Source: Myxococcales bacterium
Lineage (GTDB): Bacteria; Myxococcota_A; UBA9042
Reading direction: 5' to 3'
NCBI GenBank assembly: GCA_037441385.1
Contig: JBBISH010000010.1
Location: 25,615-89,614 of the forward strand
DNA length: 64,000 bases
Made by a program: the position numbers and the translations under genes. Shown here piece after piece: positions 30,590-42,007 of the stretch. Position 1 is the first letter of the stretch. The number at the start of each line of letters is the position of its first letter. Under the pieces are notes generated by a model, which was given only the letters and a program-made list of their open reading frames with translations, made no database searches and was not told where the DNA came from.

Positions 30590-30815
30590 CTCGCCGTCCC
30601 GGGCCGCGTGGCGGCGGCCGTCGTGCAGGCTACGCACGCTCGCCGGCCGGAGCAAGCCGGGGACGGTCGGTCTGTATGCCACAGGATTGTCTTGCCGGCA
30701 CCGGCTGGCCTCGCCGCTGATTCGGCCGCGCCGCATACTTGCCACGCGCGCACGTGGACGGACTGCGATCGCCTTCGATCGCCGCCGCAGTGCGCCCAAC
30801 CCCAAGGAGGTTCCG

Positions 30816-31649
30816 ATGTTCAAGCTCCTGTCGTCGATCGCGCTGGCGACTCTGGTGGGCGTGCTGGCCGCGCCGGCTGCGGCGGTCGAGGGCGACGGCG
30901 CGGGCTGCAGCGACCATCCCCTTTTCAGCCGGATGCCCAGCTACCTCATTCAACGCTGCGAGACGCGGGCCTTTGACCAGCACAGCTTCTGGGATGCCAA
31001 GCGCGCCGAGGTCAAGGTCGAAGGCAAGCTGTACGAGATCCGCTACGCGCGCGTGCCGGGCAGCGCCGACGTCACCCGCCTGCAGATCCAGCGCAACTAC
31101 CAGGCCGCGATCAGCAAGATCGGCGGCAGCCATTTGTCGACCGACGACGACGGCAACAGCTATCTGCGCCTGACCAAAGACGGCAAGGAACTGTGGGTGC
31201 ACGTGGCGGCCTACATCCCCGACGAGTGGATGTTGACCATCGTGGAGCGCGAGGCGATGAAGCAAGACGTGGTCGCCGATGCGGCGGCACTGGCGGGCGG
31301 ACTGCGCGGCGAGGGCCACGTGGCGGTGTACGGCCTCTTGTTCGACACGGGCAAGGCCGAACTGAAGCCGGCGTCCGATGCCGCGCTGGTCGAGGTGGCC
31401 AAGTTGCTCAAGGCGGACATGGGGTTGCGTCTGCACGTCGTCGGCCACACCGACAACGTCGGCGAGTTCGAGGCCAATCAGAAACTCTCGCAAGCGCGCG
31501 CGGCGGCGGTCGTGGCCGCCTTGGTCGGCAAGCACGGCATCGCGGCGGCGCGGCTGCAGGCCCACGGCGTGGGATCGTTGGCGCCCGTGGCCAGCAACGA
31601 CAGCGAGGCCGGCCGGGCCAAGAACCGCCGGGTCGAGCTGGTCAAGTAG
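30816..31649 (+). CDS. OmpA-family peptidoglycan-binding protein (DUF4892-like N-terminus)
   Basis: AAGGAGG RBS; DHPLFSRMP; FDTGK, VVGHTD, NQKLSQARA, NRRVELV. Confidence 0.9.
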   Translation: MFKLLSSIALATLVGVLAAPAAAVEGDGAGCSDHPLFSRMPSYLIQRCETRAFDQHSFWDAKRAEVKVEGKLYEIRYARVPGSADVTRLQIQRNYQAAISKIGGSHLSTDDDGNSYLRLTKDGKELWVHVAAYIPDEWMLTIVEREAMKQDVVADAAALAGGLRGEGHVAVYGLLFDTGKAELKPASDAALVEVAKLLKADMGLRLHVVGHTDNVGEFEANQKLSQARAAAVVAALVGKHGIAAARLQAHGVGSLAPVASNDSEAGRAKNRRVELVK

Positions 31650-31689
31650 CTGCGAGCCTCACGTAACCACAGACGATTCAACGAACGGG

Positions 31690-32259
31690 CTACTGCGGAC
31701 TCCGCCGCGCCTTGATCTTGCGCAGCGCCGCTTCGACCCGTGGTCGTTCCCGCACGGACTCCACCGAATTGTCCGCAGTGAACTGCCAGGTGCCGGGCCC
31801 ACCCATCAGCATCACGATGCGCGCCGGCTCCTTGGGCGGACGGTCGTACGGGTACGACGGCGAATACTCGCGGTAGATCGGGATCTTGTTCACGCCCTCG
31901 ACGTAGTAGCGCCGGTGCACGTCTAGGTGCATTTGCCACTCGGCCGCGTCCAACTCTAGCACTTGGCCGACCAGGGCCGGCGCGCCCAGCAGCACCTCTT
32001 GCACCAGCCAGCGCTGCCGATGGCGCTTGTATGGCGGATACTTCTCTGGATCTGGGTGCTTGCCGTTTGGCGTGATGTCGATGGCGTCGACGCGCTGGCT
32101 GGGCGTGGCGGGCACGGCGAGCACCACGGCGGACGAAGCCTCGAGCACCACTTCCAGCGGCATGTCTTCGCGGCCTTGGCTGGCCTGGACGGAGGCTGGC
32201 TCGACCGCGGCCAGGGTCAGCAAGACAGCGGCGGCGAGCAGGTGGCGGTGCAGGGGCAT
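31690..32259 (-). CDS. Hypothetical secreted protein
   Basis: GAGG RBS before MPLHRHLL, signal peptide; the longer ORF-track extension is a shadow. Confidence 0.7.
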   Translation of the reverse strand: MPLHRHLLAAAVLLTLAAVEPASVQASQGREDMPLEVVLEASSAVVLAVPATPSQRVDAIDITPNGKHPDPEKYPPYKRHRQRWLVQEVLLGAPALVGQVLELDAAEWQMHLDVHRRYYVEGVNKIPIYREYSPSYPYDRPPKEPARIVMLMGGPGTWQFTADNSVESVRERPRVEAALRKIKARRSPQ

Positions 32260-32607
32260 GGAAACCTCGGATGGTGCAAGGTGACGGTTGGGGAGTATAG
32301 CCGATTTTGCAGGGGGTGCACGCTGGGCCGGGTCGGAAATGTCCGCGCGTCTCGCCGGTTCAGGCTCAGGTTCAGGTTCGGGCCCCGCGGCGCGCCCCCC
32401 TTTGCCTACTGAAAAGGCTAGTACTACAAACCATTCGAGAGGCCCAACCCTGAACGAACTTCGGGTCTGTAATTCTAGCTGACTCCGCGGGACACGCTCC
32501 CATGACTGCAATGCCCCCCGAGCCGGTCTGGTTTTCGACCGCTCTGTGCTATGCTCGCTACGAAATCGGCTGGCTCGCTCGCCGTGCAAAGCCCAGAGGC
32601 CCCCACC

Positions 32608-32970
32608 ATGATTGAAGAATTTATTGACCTGAACGCGCTTCGCGGCCAATACGCCATGCGGCCCGCCTTTGTGATCCGACTGCTGACGCTCATGCACAAG
32701 AGCCATGCCGAGACCCCGGCTCGCCTCCGCATGGCCGTGGATACGGCCGACCTCGCTACCCTGGCGGCCGAGGCGCATCGCCTCAAGGGCGTGCTGGGGA
32801 ACCTCTACGCGACCCCGAAGCTGCTGTGCATCATCGAGATCGAGCGGCTGGCCAAGGCGGGGGACTCGGCCGCGTTGCCGCAAGCCGCCGCCTATGCCCA
32901 AACGCTCGACGCGTTCCTGGCGGCGCTCGACAGCTACGTGGCCGATCAGGGTCCGCAAGCCGCTTCGTAG
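32608..32970 (+). CDS. Stand-alone Hpt phosphotransfer protein
   Basis: AHRLKGVLGNL motif, helical. Confidence 0.8.
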   Translation: MIEEFIDLNALRGQYAMRPAFVIRLLTLMHKSHAETPARLRMAVDTADLATLAAEAHRLKGVLGNLYATPKLLCIIEIERLAKAGDSAALPQAAAYAQTLDAFLAALDSYVADQGPQAAS

Positions 32971-33478
32971 GCAAAGAATTTCAAGGATTGCCAAAGGGGG
33001 CGCGCAGCGACCGATCTCCTGCAATGCCTCGCCGTACGATCGTCGCGGTTCGGGGCCGACCCAAACGAATCGGGCCTTTGGCGGGCCGCCAAACTCCACA
33101 AGCTGACCGAATTCGAAGATCAAGGTCAGGGTCGGCAACGAGCGATTTCTTGGCTCGGCAACCCCGGCGTCGCCCATAGAAGTCGTTGAAAAGGCCAGGA
33201 AGACGTCGACGTTGACGGCGGTTTGTGACCGGCGTAGGCTCAATTAACCGGGTCGGAATGTCCGGTCCAGGTCGGGAATGCTGACGTGCGGTGGCATGGC
33301 CAGGGGGGGCATGCAGAACCCGCTCAACTTCGCTGCAGATTCGCGCTGTCCTTTCTCGGGCCGGTCCTGGTCAGAGTGCAGGCACCACCGGTGACTGCCC
33401 AGTCCAGGCCGCCCGGAGGCTGGCGCGAAAGGCACTTGCCAACCCAAATCCACCGGGGAATCCGGGCGCTCGATCACC

Positions 33479-35749
33479 ATGAAATCAAACTCGATCGAAA
33501 TCTTCCCGTGGGACGACAATTTCAATACTGGCTTGCCCCAGATCGACGAACAGCATCGCCAGCTTGTGCATTTGCTCAATCTGTTGGCAAGTCACGTGGC
33601 GTACAGCGCGGACGCGCGCGTCTTGGGGCAGATCTTCGACCAGCTGACTGAGCACGCAACCCAGCACTTTGCGGTCGAGGAAGCCCTGTGGCACGAGCTG
33701 CTTGCGGGGGATATCGCCGAGCAGGAGCACCGCGCCACCCACCAGACCATGGCGCAGCAAGTTGCCGACTTTCGGGGCTTGCTGGGCGGGCGACCACTCC
33801 AAGAAGTTGCCGAAGAGATTCTCCGTTTCTTGGCCAATTGGCTGGCCTCGCACATCTTGGACAGCGACCGCTACCTCGCCACTTTGGTGTTGGCTTGCCG
33901 CCAGGGGCTGTCGCGCGAGGCCGCCGAGATGCGCGCTCAGGAGCAGACGACCGGCGCCGGGCGAGAGCTTGCCTCAGCCATTCGCTCCATCTACGCAACG
34001 TTGGCGGCCAACACGCTGCACCTGATGCACGAGCTGGCCGAACATCGCAAGGACAAGCAGGAATTGCTGCTTTCGCGCACGGCGCTGCAAGCAAGCGAGG
34101 CCAACCTTCAGGCCTTCTTCGATACGGTGGATGATCTGCTGTTCGTGTTCGACCAGTCCGGTCGAATTCTCCAGATCAACCAGGCGGCTGTGCGGCGACT
34201 GGGCTATCCTGCGTGCCAGCTGATCGGCCGCGAAGCGGTCGAATTGCACCCGCAAGAGCGGCGCGACGAGGCCAGGCGCATCACCGCGGACCTCCTCGCC
34301 GGCACGTGCGAGGTCTGTCACATCCCGCTGCAAACGGCGAACGGCGAGCTGATCCCGGTAGAGACGCGACTCGCCCAAGGTCTGTGGAACGGCCAACCGG
34401 CGGTGTTTGGTGTGAGCCGCGACGTCAGCGAGCGGGACCGGGTCCAACGGCTTGCCGCCAAACAAGCCCGGCTGCTCGAACAGTACTTTGACCACGCCCT
34501 GATCGCCCTGGCGCTGCTGGACCGCAACTTCAATTTTGTCCGGGTCAACGCCGTCTATGCCCAGGCCGATGACCGCGATGTGGCGGATTTTCCTGGTCAC
34601 AACCACTTCGACTTCTACCCCTCGGAAGCCAGGGACCTGTTCGAAGCGGCGGTTCGGACCAAGCAGCCGTTCCAGTCCAAGGCGCGGCCCTTTGAGTATG
34701 CGGACCATCCCGAGCGCGGCGTGTCGTATTGGGACATTGCGCTGATGCCGCTTTTGGATCCCCACGGCGAGGTGGAGCACCTGCTGCTGTCGCTGCACGA
34801 TGTGACCGAGCAGAAACGCGCGGAGCAGGTGGCCAGGCAAAGCGCGGCGCGGTACCGCAGCTTGGTGGATCACCTGCCTATGCTGGTCTGGCAGAAGGAT
34901 GTCGACGGGGTCTTTGTCACGTGCAATCGCGGATATGCCGCGGCCTTTGGCCGGGAGCCCGAGGACATGGTCGGCCACACCGATCGCGATTTCTACTCCG
35001 CCGATTTGGCAGAGCAATTCCGCGTGACCGACCAACGGGTCATGGAGGACGGCTCGACTGACGTCTTTGAGGGGCCCTGGATGTTGCGTGGGGAGCTGCG
35101 CTGGCTGCGGTCGACCAAGCTGCGTTTGATCGACGATCAGGGCAAGGTTTACGGCACCTTGGGCTTTGCTCAGGATCTCACCGATCGCAAAGAGCAAGAA
35201 GTCGAGCGCGATCAGACCCTGGCGCTGCTGCAGACCGTGATCGAGCACGTGCCAGTACGCATCTTCTGGAAGGATCGCAAGCTGAACTACTTGGGCTGCA
35301 ACCCACTTTTTGCCCGCGACGCCGGTCGGCAGCGCCCCGCCGACATGGTCGGTCAAGACGACCTTCATATGGGCTGGGCTCACGAAGCCGAACTGTATCG
35401 GGCCGACGATCGCCACGTGATCGAGACGGGCACGGCTCGCATCAATTTCGAGGAGCCCCAGACCAGGCCCGATGGCTCGACCGTTTGGCTGCGCACCTCC
35501 AAAGTGCCCCTGCGCGACGGCAAGGGTGACGTCTTTGGCGTGTTGGGCCTGTACGACGACATCACGGCGCAAAAGCAGGCTGAGGAACAGATGCGTAGTC
35601 AATTCGACGAGTTGCGTCGCTGGCAAGATGTGATGCTCGACCGCGAGGAACGCATCTTGGATGTGAAGCGCGAGGTCAACGAACTGCTGGCGCGCCTTGG
35701 CGAACCGCCTCGCTATGCCAGCGCCGTGGACGGAAAGGACGAGCCATGA
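33479..35749 (+). CDS. Bacteriohemerythrin + 4 PAS/PAC sensor with coiled-coil tail and no catalytic output
   Basis: W...FNTG...[26 protein letters not shown] di-iron ligands; four PAS ending RDVS/HDVT/QDLT/DDIT. Confidence 0.88.
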   Translation: MKSNSIEIFPWDDNFNTGLPQIDEQHRQLVHLLNLLASHVAYSADARVLGQIFDQLTEHATQHFAVEEALWHELLAGDIAEQEHRATHQTMAQQVADFRGLLGGRPLQEVAEEILRFLANWLASHILDSDRYLATLVLACRQGLSREAAEMRAQEQTTGAGRELASAIRSIYATLAANTLHLMHELAEHRKDKQELLLSRTALQASEANLQAFFDTVDDLLFVFDQSGRILQINQAAVRRLGYPACQLIGREAVELHPQERRDEARRITADLLAGTCEVCHIPLQTANGELIPVETRLAQGLWNGQPAVFGVSRDVSERDRVQRLAAKQARLLEQYFDHALIALALLDRNFNFVRVNAVYAQADDRDVADFPGHNHFDFYPSEARDLFEAAVRTKQPFQSKARPFEYADHPERGVSYWDIALMPLLDPHGEVEHLLLSLHDVTEQKRAEQVARQSAARYRSLVDHLPMLVWQKDVDGVFVTCNRGYAAAFGREPEDMVGHTDRDFYSADLAEQFRVTDQRVMEDGSTDVFEGPWMLRGELRWLRSTKLRLIDDQGKVYGTLGFAQDLTDRKEQEVERDQTLALLQTVIEHVPVRIFWKDRKLNYLGCNPLFARDAGRQRPADMVGQDDLHMGWAHEAELYRADDRHVIETGTARINFEEPQTRPDGSTVWLRTSKVPLRDGKGDVFGVLGLYDDITAQKQAEEQMRSQFDELRRWQDVMLDREERILDVKREVNELLARLGEPPRYASAVDGKDEP

Positions 35750-38700
35750 CGGCCCACGCGCCTGCCGCAGACCCAGGTCAACGGGCGGACACCCCGTGCA
35801 GCATCCACGACTTGCTGGACCTCGACCGTCTGCGCAGCGCGTTCGAGCGCTTTGAGCGCGTCACGGGACTGGCTGTATCCCTAGAGGATCATCCGGCCGG
35901 GAACGTCGTGATCGCCACCGGCGCGCGCGGGCCCATGCAATGCGCTGTGCCGATTGTCCTTGCCGGCACGCAGCTGGCCAACTTGGTCACCAGCCAACCG
36001 CTGGCGCGCGCCACCTCTGTTCAAAGCCAAGGCCCGCGCGACGGGTGGCAGAAAGAGGCCACTGACTTCTTGCGCGACATGGCGCAGGTGCTGATCGAGC
36101 AGTGCCAAAACACGTTGAATCAGAACAGGAAGATCGCCGATCAAGAGCGAGCGACCGCGGCGTTGCGCAGTGCCGAAGAGAAGTACCACTTCTTGGTCGA
36201 AAACGTGAACGACGCCGTGTTGGTGCACGGGGTTGAAGAGGATGGCAGCCCGGGGCCGTTCTTCATGGTCAACGAGCCGGCCTGCCAACTGCTCGGCCAT
36301 ACCCGCGAGGAACTGGCGCAGTTGACGCCGAGCGAGCTGAACGACCCGGCGCACCTTGGGCACATCCCCGAGGTGATGCAGCAACTCCACTCTACCGGCC
36401 ACGCCCTGTTCGAGACGGTGGTCGTGCGCAAGGGCGGGCAGCGCATTCCCGTCGAGATCAACACCCGGCTGTTCGCGATGTACCAGCCGCCGCGGATCTT
36501 GTCGGTCATGCGCGACATCAGCGACCGCAAGCGCACCGAGGAGGCGCTGCACTGGGCCAAGGCCGAGTCGGACCGGATGCGCCGCAGCGCGTTGTCGATG
36601 CTGGAGGATCAGCGCCGCGCCGACCAAGAGATTCGCCGGTTGCTGGCCGAGGCCGGCGAGCGCGAGTTCTTCCTTCGGCAAAGCCAGCAAGTGGGGCAGA
36701 TCGGTGGCTGGCGGGCCGATCCCGTGCGCAACACCTCGACGTGGACCGAGGGCGTGTACGAAATCGTGGAGATGCCCACCCACTACGAGCCCGACCTGGC
36801 CACCGCGCTGAACGTCTACCTGCCCGAGTCGCGGGCCAAGGTGGTCGCGAACTTGCACCAGACGCTGGCGACCGGCGAGCCCTTCAGTATCCGCGTCCAG
36901 GTGCGGGGTGCCCGATCGCAAACCGACAAGTGGACCGAGCTGCGCGGTCAGGCGCATCGCGATGCCAAGGGCGCCATCGACTATGTCATGGGCACCATCC
37001 AGGACGTTACGGAGCGCCAGCAAATCGAAGACCGGCTACAAGAGAACCTGGCTTTCAACGCCTCGCTCATCCAGACCATGGTGGATGGCATTGCGGTCTA
37101 CCGCGGCATCACGACCGCTCCGTACGTCGAATTCTCGGTGTGGAATCCGGCGATGGAGAAGCTCACCGGCTACAGCATCGATGACATCAATCGGCTGGGC
37201 TGGTACCAAACCGTCTATAGCGATCCCGAGGTGCAAGAGCGAGCCAAGAACCGCATGGAGCGCATGCGCCTGGGCGACAACCTGGACCACGAGGAATGGA
37301 CCATCACCCGCAAGGACGGCGCCAAACGCACGGTAGAAATCACCACGATTGTGCTTGCCCCGGTCGGCGACACCGCGCATAGCATGGCGGTGATGCGCGA
37401 CATGACCGACCGCCGCCGCATCGAGACGGAACTGGCCAAGTACCGCCACAACCTGGAAGAACTGGTGGCCAAGCGCACGGCCGAACTGGCCCAGAACCAG
37501 TTCGCCCTGGACCGCGTGGGCATCGCCGTCGCCTGGAGCGATACGACGACCGGGCACTTTATCTACGCCAACGACGAAATGTGCCGCTTGCTGGGCTATG
37601 ATCGCGACGCCCTGTTGCTGCTGAATGTCTTTGACGTCGATGCGCAATTCCCGCCCGCCGCCATGCCGGCCCTTGCTGCCGACATGCGGGCCAGTCAGTC
37701 GGTCGTCCACGTCGAGTCGACGATGCGCCGCAAAGATGGCAGTACGTTCCCCGCTGAGATTACGGTCTACCTTAGTCAACGGGCCGACAGCGGCGAGTGC
37801 TTCATCGCCTTTATCCGCGACATCAGCGAACGCAAGCGGGTCGAGCAGAAACTCACCGAGGCCAAGCAAGCGGCCGAAGCCGCCACCATTGCCAAGAGCG
37901 CCTTCCTGGCCAACATGAGCCACGAGATTCGGACCCCGCTCAACGGGATCCTGGGCATGGCGCACTTGATTCGGCGCGGCGGGCTGACGCCCGAGCAGAC
38001 CCGACGCATGGACACCCTGCAGTCGTCCAGCGACCTTTTGCTCAACATCATCAACGCGATCCTCGAACTCTCGAAGATCGAGGCCGGCAAGTTTGAATTG
38101 GACGAAGCCGGCGTCCGGCTGGAAAGCTTGGTCCACAACGTCGCATCGATCCTGTACGAGCGCGTCCAGGCCAAGCACCTGGAATTGCGCATCGAGATTG
38201 GCAACCTGCCGGCCAACTTGCTGGGCGATGCCACCCGCATCCAGCAGGCCCTGCTCAACTTTGGCAGCAACGCGGTCAAGTTCACCGAGTCCGGCACCAT
38301 TTGGCTACGGGCTGGGCAGGTCGAGGCCGACGACACCAGCGCCCTGATCCGCTTCGAGGTGCAGGACACGGGCATTGGCATCGCTCCAGAGGTGCAAGAC
38401 CGGCTGTTCTCGTCGTTCGAGCAGGCCGACTCGTCCTCGACCCGCAAGTACGGTGGCACCGGTCTGGGCCTGGCGATCACCCGCAAGATCGCCGAGTTGA
38501 TGGGCGGCGCGGTTGGTGCATCCAGTACCCCCGGCGTGGGCAGCACCTTCTGGTTCACCGTCCGGCTCAAGAAAGGCACGGCGGCCATGGCCGCAGCGGT
38601 GGCCGTGCACGACACGCAGGCCGCCGAAATCCTGCGCCACACTTGTCTGGGCGCCCGGATCCTGGTGGCCGAGGACGAGTTGGTCAATCAAGAGATTGCC

Positions 38701-39027
38701 GAGGTGATGCTGACGGACGTCGGCTTGGTCGTCGATGTGGCCGGAGACGGTGCCGAGGCCCTGGCGCTGGCCAAGCAGAACGACTATGCCTTGATTCTCA
38801 TGGACATGCAGATGCCAAGATTGGATGGCATCCAGGCCACCATGCAGATTCGCCAGCTTGCGAATCATCGCGAGACCCCGATCCTGGCGATGACGGCCAA
38901 TGCCTTTGCCGAAGACAAAGAGCGCTGCTTTGGCGCCGGCATGAACGCCTTTATCGCCAAGCCGGTGCGGCCCGAAGTCCTCTATGCCACGTTGCTCGAG
39001 TGGTTGGAGCGATCCCCGCCGCCTTGA
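35746..39027 (+). CDS. Hybrid histidine kinase (degenerate PocR-like, 4 PAS, HisKA, HATPase, REC)
   Basis: [44 protein letters not shown] overlap. Confidence 0.92.
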   Translation: MTAHAPAADPGQRADTPCSIHDLLDLDRLRSAFERFERVTGLAVSLEDHPAGNVVIATGARGPMQCAVPIVLAGTQLANLVTSQPLARATSVQSQGPRDGWQKEATDFLRDMAQVLIEQCQNTLNQNRKIADQERATAALRSAEEKYHFLVENVNDAVLVHGVEEDGSPGPFFMVNEPACQLLGHTREELAQLTPSELNDPAHLGHIPEVMQQLHSTGHALFETVVVRKGGQRIPVEINTRLFAMYQPPRILSVMRDISDRKRTEEALHWAKAESDRMRRSALSMLEDQRRADQEIRRLLAEAGEREFFLRQSQQVGQIGGWRADPVRNTSTWTEGVYEIVEMPTHYEPDLATALNVYLPESRAKVVANLHQTLATGEPFSIRVQVRGARSQTDKWTELRGQAHRDAKGAIDYVMGTIQDVTERQQIEDRLQENLAFNASLIQTMVDGIAVYRGITTAPYVEFSVWNPAMEKLTGYSIDDINRLGWYQTVYSDPEVQERAKNRMERMRLGDNLDHEEWTITRKDGAKRTVEITTIVLAPVGDTAHSMAVMRDMTDRRRIETELAKYRHNLEELVAKRTAELAQNQFALDRVGIAVAWSDTTTGHFIYANDEMCRLLGYDRDALLLLNVFDVDAQFPPAAMPALAADMRASQSVVHVESTMRRKDGSTFPAEITVYLSQRADSGECFIAFIRDISERKRVEQKLTEAKQAAEAATIAKSAFLANMSHEIRTPLNGILGMAHLIRRGGLTPEQTRRMDTLQSSSDLLLNIINAILELSKIEAGKFELDEAGVRLESLVHNVASILYERVQAKHLELRIEIGNLPANLLGDATRIQQALLNFGSNAVKFTESGTIWLRAGQVEADDTSALIRFEVQDTGIGIAPEVQDRLFSSFEQADSSSTRKYGGTGLGLAITRKIAELMGGAVGASSTPGVGSTFWFTVRLKKGTAAMAAAVAVHDTQAAEILRHTCLGARILVAEDELVNQEIAEVMLTDVGLVVDVAGDGAEALALAKQNDYALILMDMQMPRLDGIQATMQIRQLANHRETPILAMTANAFAEDKERCFGAGMNAFIAKPVRPEVLYATLLEWLERSPPP

Positions 39028-39159
39028 TACCAGTTCCGTCCGAATCGGATCGAAAACTCGGGCAATTCTTCGGGCCCGAACCGGGGTCCCCGCCTGATTC
39101 TCGCCGGTTGCAGACCGGGTCAGAGAAGCCGTACGGGCGTGAATCAGACGGGGTTCGTA
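39028..39159 (+). mobile_element. 132-bp repeat, full copy directly after the kinase stop
   Basis: Near-identical to 28624-28755, TA ends. Confidence 0.85.
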
Positions 39160-39408
39160 TAAGGCTACCGCTGGTTCCTGTCTATTCGCTGGGAAGTCGC
39201 CTGTTCTATGCCTGCGGACGGAGCTCGCGCATCACCGTCTTTGGCCCGCGAACCCCAAGGACGCGTGGTACGGGTGTGACAAACGGGCGCGGCCACCCCC
39301 TGGCCCGGATTGGCCTGCGGGTCTAGGTTGCCCGTGAGTTGCGATGCCGATTCCCCCAATCGGCTCAAAAAAACGGATGCAGTTCGTCGGATCCCAACCA
39401 GGCTCCCC

Positions 39409-39540
39409 TACCCGTTCCGTTCGAATCGGATCGAAAACTCGGGCAATTTTTCGGGCCCGAACCGGGGTCCCCGCCTGATTCTCGCTAGTTGAAGGGAGTG
39501 TCAAAAAGGCCTTGCAGGCGCGGATCCGGTGGGGTGTGCA
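39409..39540 (+). mobile_element. 132-bp repeat, diverged full-length copy
   Basis: Gapless match, 3' part diverged. Confidence 0.8.
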
Positions 39541-39577
39541 CGGGTGGGCCGGTCCCACCCGAGGACGGGAGGCAGCG

Positions 39578-41800
39578 ATGGCGGTGGCACACGGCAAGCC
39601 GACTGCGGATGCTGCTTCCGCTTTGCGCGGCGCTCCGACCTGGACGGGGACGGCCGCGGCCGTGGCCCTGCTTGCCGTGGGCGGCGCGGGGCTGGCGACG
39701 CTGCCGGCGACCTTGTCGGCCGCGTGGCTTGGCGCTTGGCTAGGCCTGGTCGCGTTGGCGGCGGCCTTGGCGTGGCGGCTGCGGACCGTGCACCGGGCGA
39801 CCGAGACGCGCGGCGACTATGGAAAATTCTTCAACAATGCTTCGGATCTGATGGGCATCGCCGAACCCAACGGCTCGTTCAAAAGCGTCAATCGGGCCTT
39901 TGTCGAGGCGCTGGGTTACAGCGAGGCCGAGCTTTTGACCAAGCCATTCATCGAGTTCGTCCATCCCGACGACCGCCAGGCGACCGTGGACGAAATGCAG
40001 CGTCAGCTACGGATTGGCTATACCGCAGCCTTTGAGAATCGCTACCTCTGCAAAGACGGATCGGTGCGGTGGCTGCTGTGGCACGCGACCGTCAACCGCG
40101 AGGAAGGCGTGACCTATGCGGTGGCGCGCGACATCACCGCTCGCAAACAGGGCGAGCAGGCCCTGCAACAAGCTGCCCGCTATGCGCGGAGTCTGATCGA
40201 GGCCAGCTTGGACCCCCTGGTGACGATCAGCCCCGAGGGGCGGATCACCGACGTCAACCGGGCCACCGAAGAGGTGACCGGCCGTACCCGCACCGAGCTG
40301 GTAGGCAGCGATTTTTGCGACTATTTCACGGAGCCCGAGCGCGCGCGCCAGGGCTATCGCCAAGTGTTCTCGCACGGCCGGGTGGTCGACTATCCGCTGG
40401 CGATCCTGCACACGAACGGAACGGTGACCAACGTGCTGTACAACGCCGTGGTCTATCGCAACGAACGGGGCGAGGTCGAAGGCGTGTTTGCCGCAGCCCG
40501 CGACGTGACCGAGCGGCTGCGCGTCGAGGCCGAGCTGGCGCGGCACCGCTTTCATCTGGAAGAGATGGTGCGCGACCGCACCGCCGAGCTGTTGCACGCC
40601 AAAGAAGCGGCCGAGGCGGCCAACGTGGCCAAAAGCACCTTCTTGGCCAACATGAGTCACGAGATCCGCACGCCGCTCAACGCCATCTTGGGCATGGCGC
40701 ACCTGATCGAGCGAACGCCGCTGACCGCCGAGCAACGCGAGCGGCTGATCAAGCTGGTGGCCGCCGGGCGGCACTTGACCGAGTTGATCAACGCGATCTT
40801 GGACTTGTCGAAGATCGAGGCGCAGAAGCTGGTGCTGAACGAGGGGCCGATGCACGTCGCGGCGATTGCCGCTAACGTCGCGTCGATGTTGCAGGAGTCG
40901 GCGCGGGCCAAGGGCTTGCGGCTCGAGGTGAGTTCCGTTGACCTGCCGCAGACGCTGGTGGGCGACGCCACGCGCATCGAGCAGGCGCTGCTCAACTACG
41001 TGAGCAATGCCATCAAGTTCACCGAGAAGGGCAGTGTGCACATCCGCGCCAAGCTCGCTCGCGAGACCGCCGACTACGCCGTCGTGCGCTTTGAGGTGCA
41101 AGACACAGGCATCGGCGTTGATGCGGCGACGGCCGAGCGGCTGTTCTTGCCCTTCTACCAGGCCGATAGCTCGATGACCCGCAAGTTTGGCGGCACCGGG
41201 CTGGGCCTGGCCATCACCCGGCGGCTGGCCGAGTTGATGGGCGGCGAGGCGGGGATGACCAGCCAAGTGGGCGTGGGTAGTACGTTTTGGTTTACGGCGC
41301 AGCTGAAGAAAGGCACCGACCTGGCGCGGGATACGGTGCCGGCGCCGCGCGGTCAGGCCGAGCAACGGCTGCGCACCGAGTTCTTGGGCACGCGAGTGCT
41401 GGTGGTCGAAGACGACGCGGTCAATCAAGAAGTGGCGCGCTCGATGCTCCGCGATGCCGGGTTGGCGGTGGACGTGGCGAGCGACGGCAAGGCTGGGGCC
41501 GAACTGGCGATGGCGGGCGACTACGCGCTGGTCCTGATGGACATGCAGATGCCGGTGATGAGTGGCCTGGAAGCGACCCGGCTGCTGCGCGCCAAGTGGC
41601 CCAAGGGCACTCTGCCGGTCGTGGCCATGACCGCCAACGCGTTTGTCGAGGACCGCCAGCAATGCATCGACGCCGGTATGGACGACTTTGTCGCCAAGCC
41701 TTTTGAACCAGAACAGATTTTCTCGACCGTCGTGCGCTGGCTGGGGCCGCGGAGCCAAGCCCAGACCTCTCAAGCCCAGACCTCTCAAGCCCAGACCTGA
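39578..41800 (+). CDS. Membrane-anchored hybrid histidine kinase (2 TM, 2 PAS, HisKA, HATPase, REC)
   Basis: [43 protein letters not shown]. Confidence 0.92.
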   Translation: MAVAHGKPTADAASALRGAPTWTGTAAAVALLAVGGAGLATLPATLSAAWLGAWLGLVALAAALAWRLRTVHRATETRGDYGKFFNNASDLMGIAEPNGSFKSVNRAFVEALGYSEAELLTKPFIEFVHPDDRQATVDEMQRQLRIGYTAAFENRYLCKDGSVRWLLWHATVNREEGVTYAVARDITARKQGEQALQQAARYARSLIEASLDPLVTISPEGRITDVNRATEEVTGRTRTELVGSDFCDYFTEPERARQGYRQVFSHGRVVDYPLAILHTNGTVTNVLYNAVVYRNERGEVEGVFAAARDVTERLRVEAELARHRFHLEEMVRDRTAELLHAKEAAEAANVAKSTFLANMSHEIRTPLNAILGMAHLIERTPLTAEQRERLIKLVAAGRHLTELINAILDLSKIEAQKLVLNEGPMHVAAIAANVASMLQESARAKGLRLEVSSVDLPQTLVGDATRIEQALLNYVSNAIKFTEKGSVHIRAKLARETADYAVVRFEVQDTGIGVDAATAERLFLPFYQADSSMTRKFGGTGLGLAITRRLAELMGGEAGMTSQVGVGSTFWFTAQLKKGTDLARDTVPAPRGQAEQRLRTEFLGTRVLVVEDDAVNQEVARSMLRDAGLAVDVASDGKAGAELAMAGDYALVLMDMQMPVMSGLEATRLLRAKWPKGTLPVVAMTANAFVEDRQQCIDAGMDDFVAKPFEPEQIFSTVVRWLGPRSQAQTSQAQTSQAQT
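41753..41797 (+). repeat. 15-bp coding tandem repeat, SQAQT x3
   Basis: (TCT/AGC)CAAGCCCAGACC x3 immediately before the stop. Confidence 0.9.
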
Positions 41801-41932
41801 TACGCCCTCCGCCTGATTCGCGCCTGTATGCCTTCTTTGACCTGTTGTGCAACTGGCGAGAATCAGGCGGGGACCCCGGTTCGAGCCCGGAGAATTGCCG
41901 GAGATTTCGAGCCGATTCAGGCGAATTCCGTA
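41801..41932 (-). mobile_element. 132-bp repeat, full reverse copy directly after the stop
   Basis: TACG...CGTA ends, gapless match. Confidence 0.8.
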
Positions 41933-42007
41933 TAGGTCCGGGCGCAGAAAATGCCCCCCAACGCCGCCGGACCAGACGCGCCAGCGGCGTGGGGGGCGCC
42001 GAAGGGA

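Noticed and set aside
32357..32382. GGTTCA/GGCTCA hexamer run
   Set aside because: Short intergenic microsatellite with no supporting context
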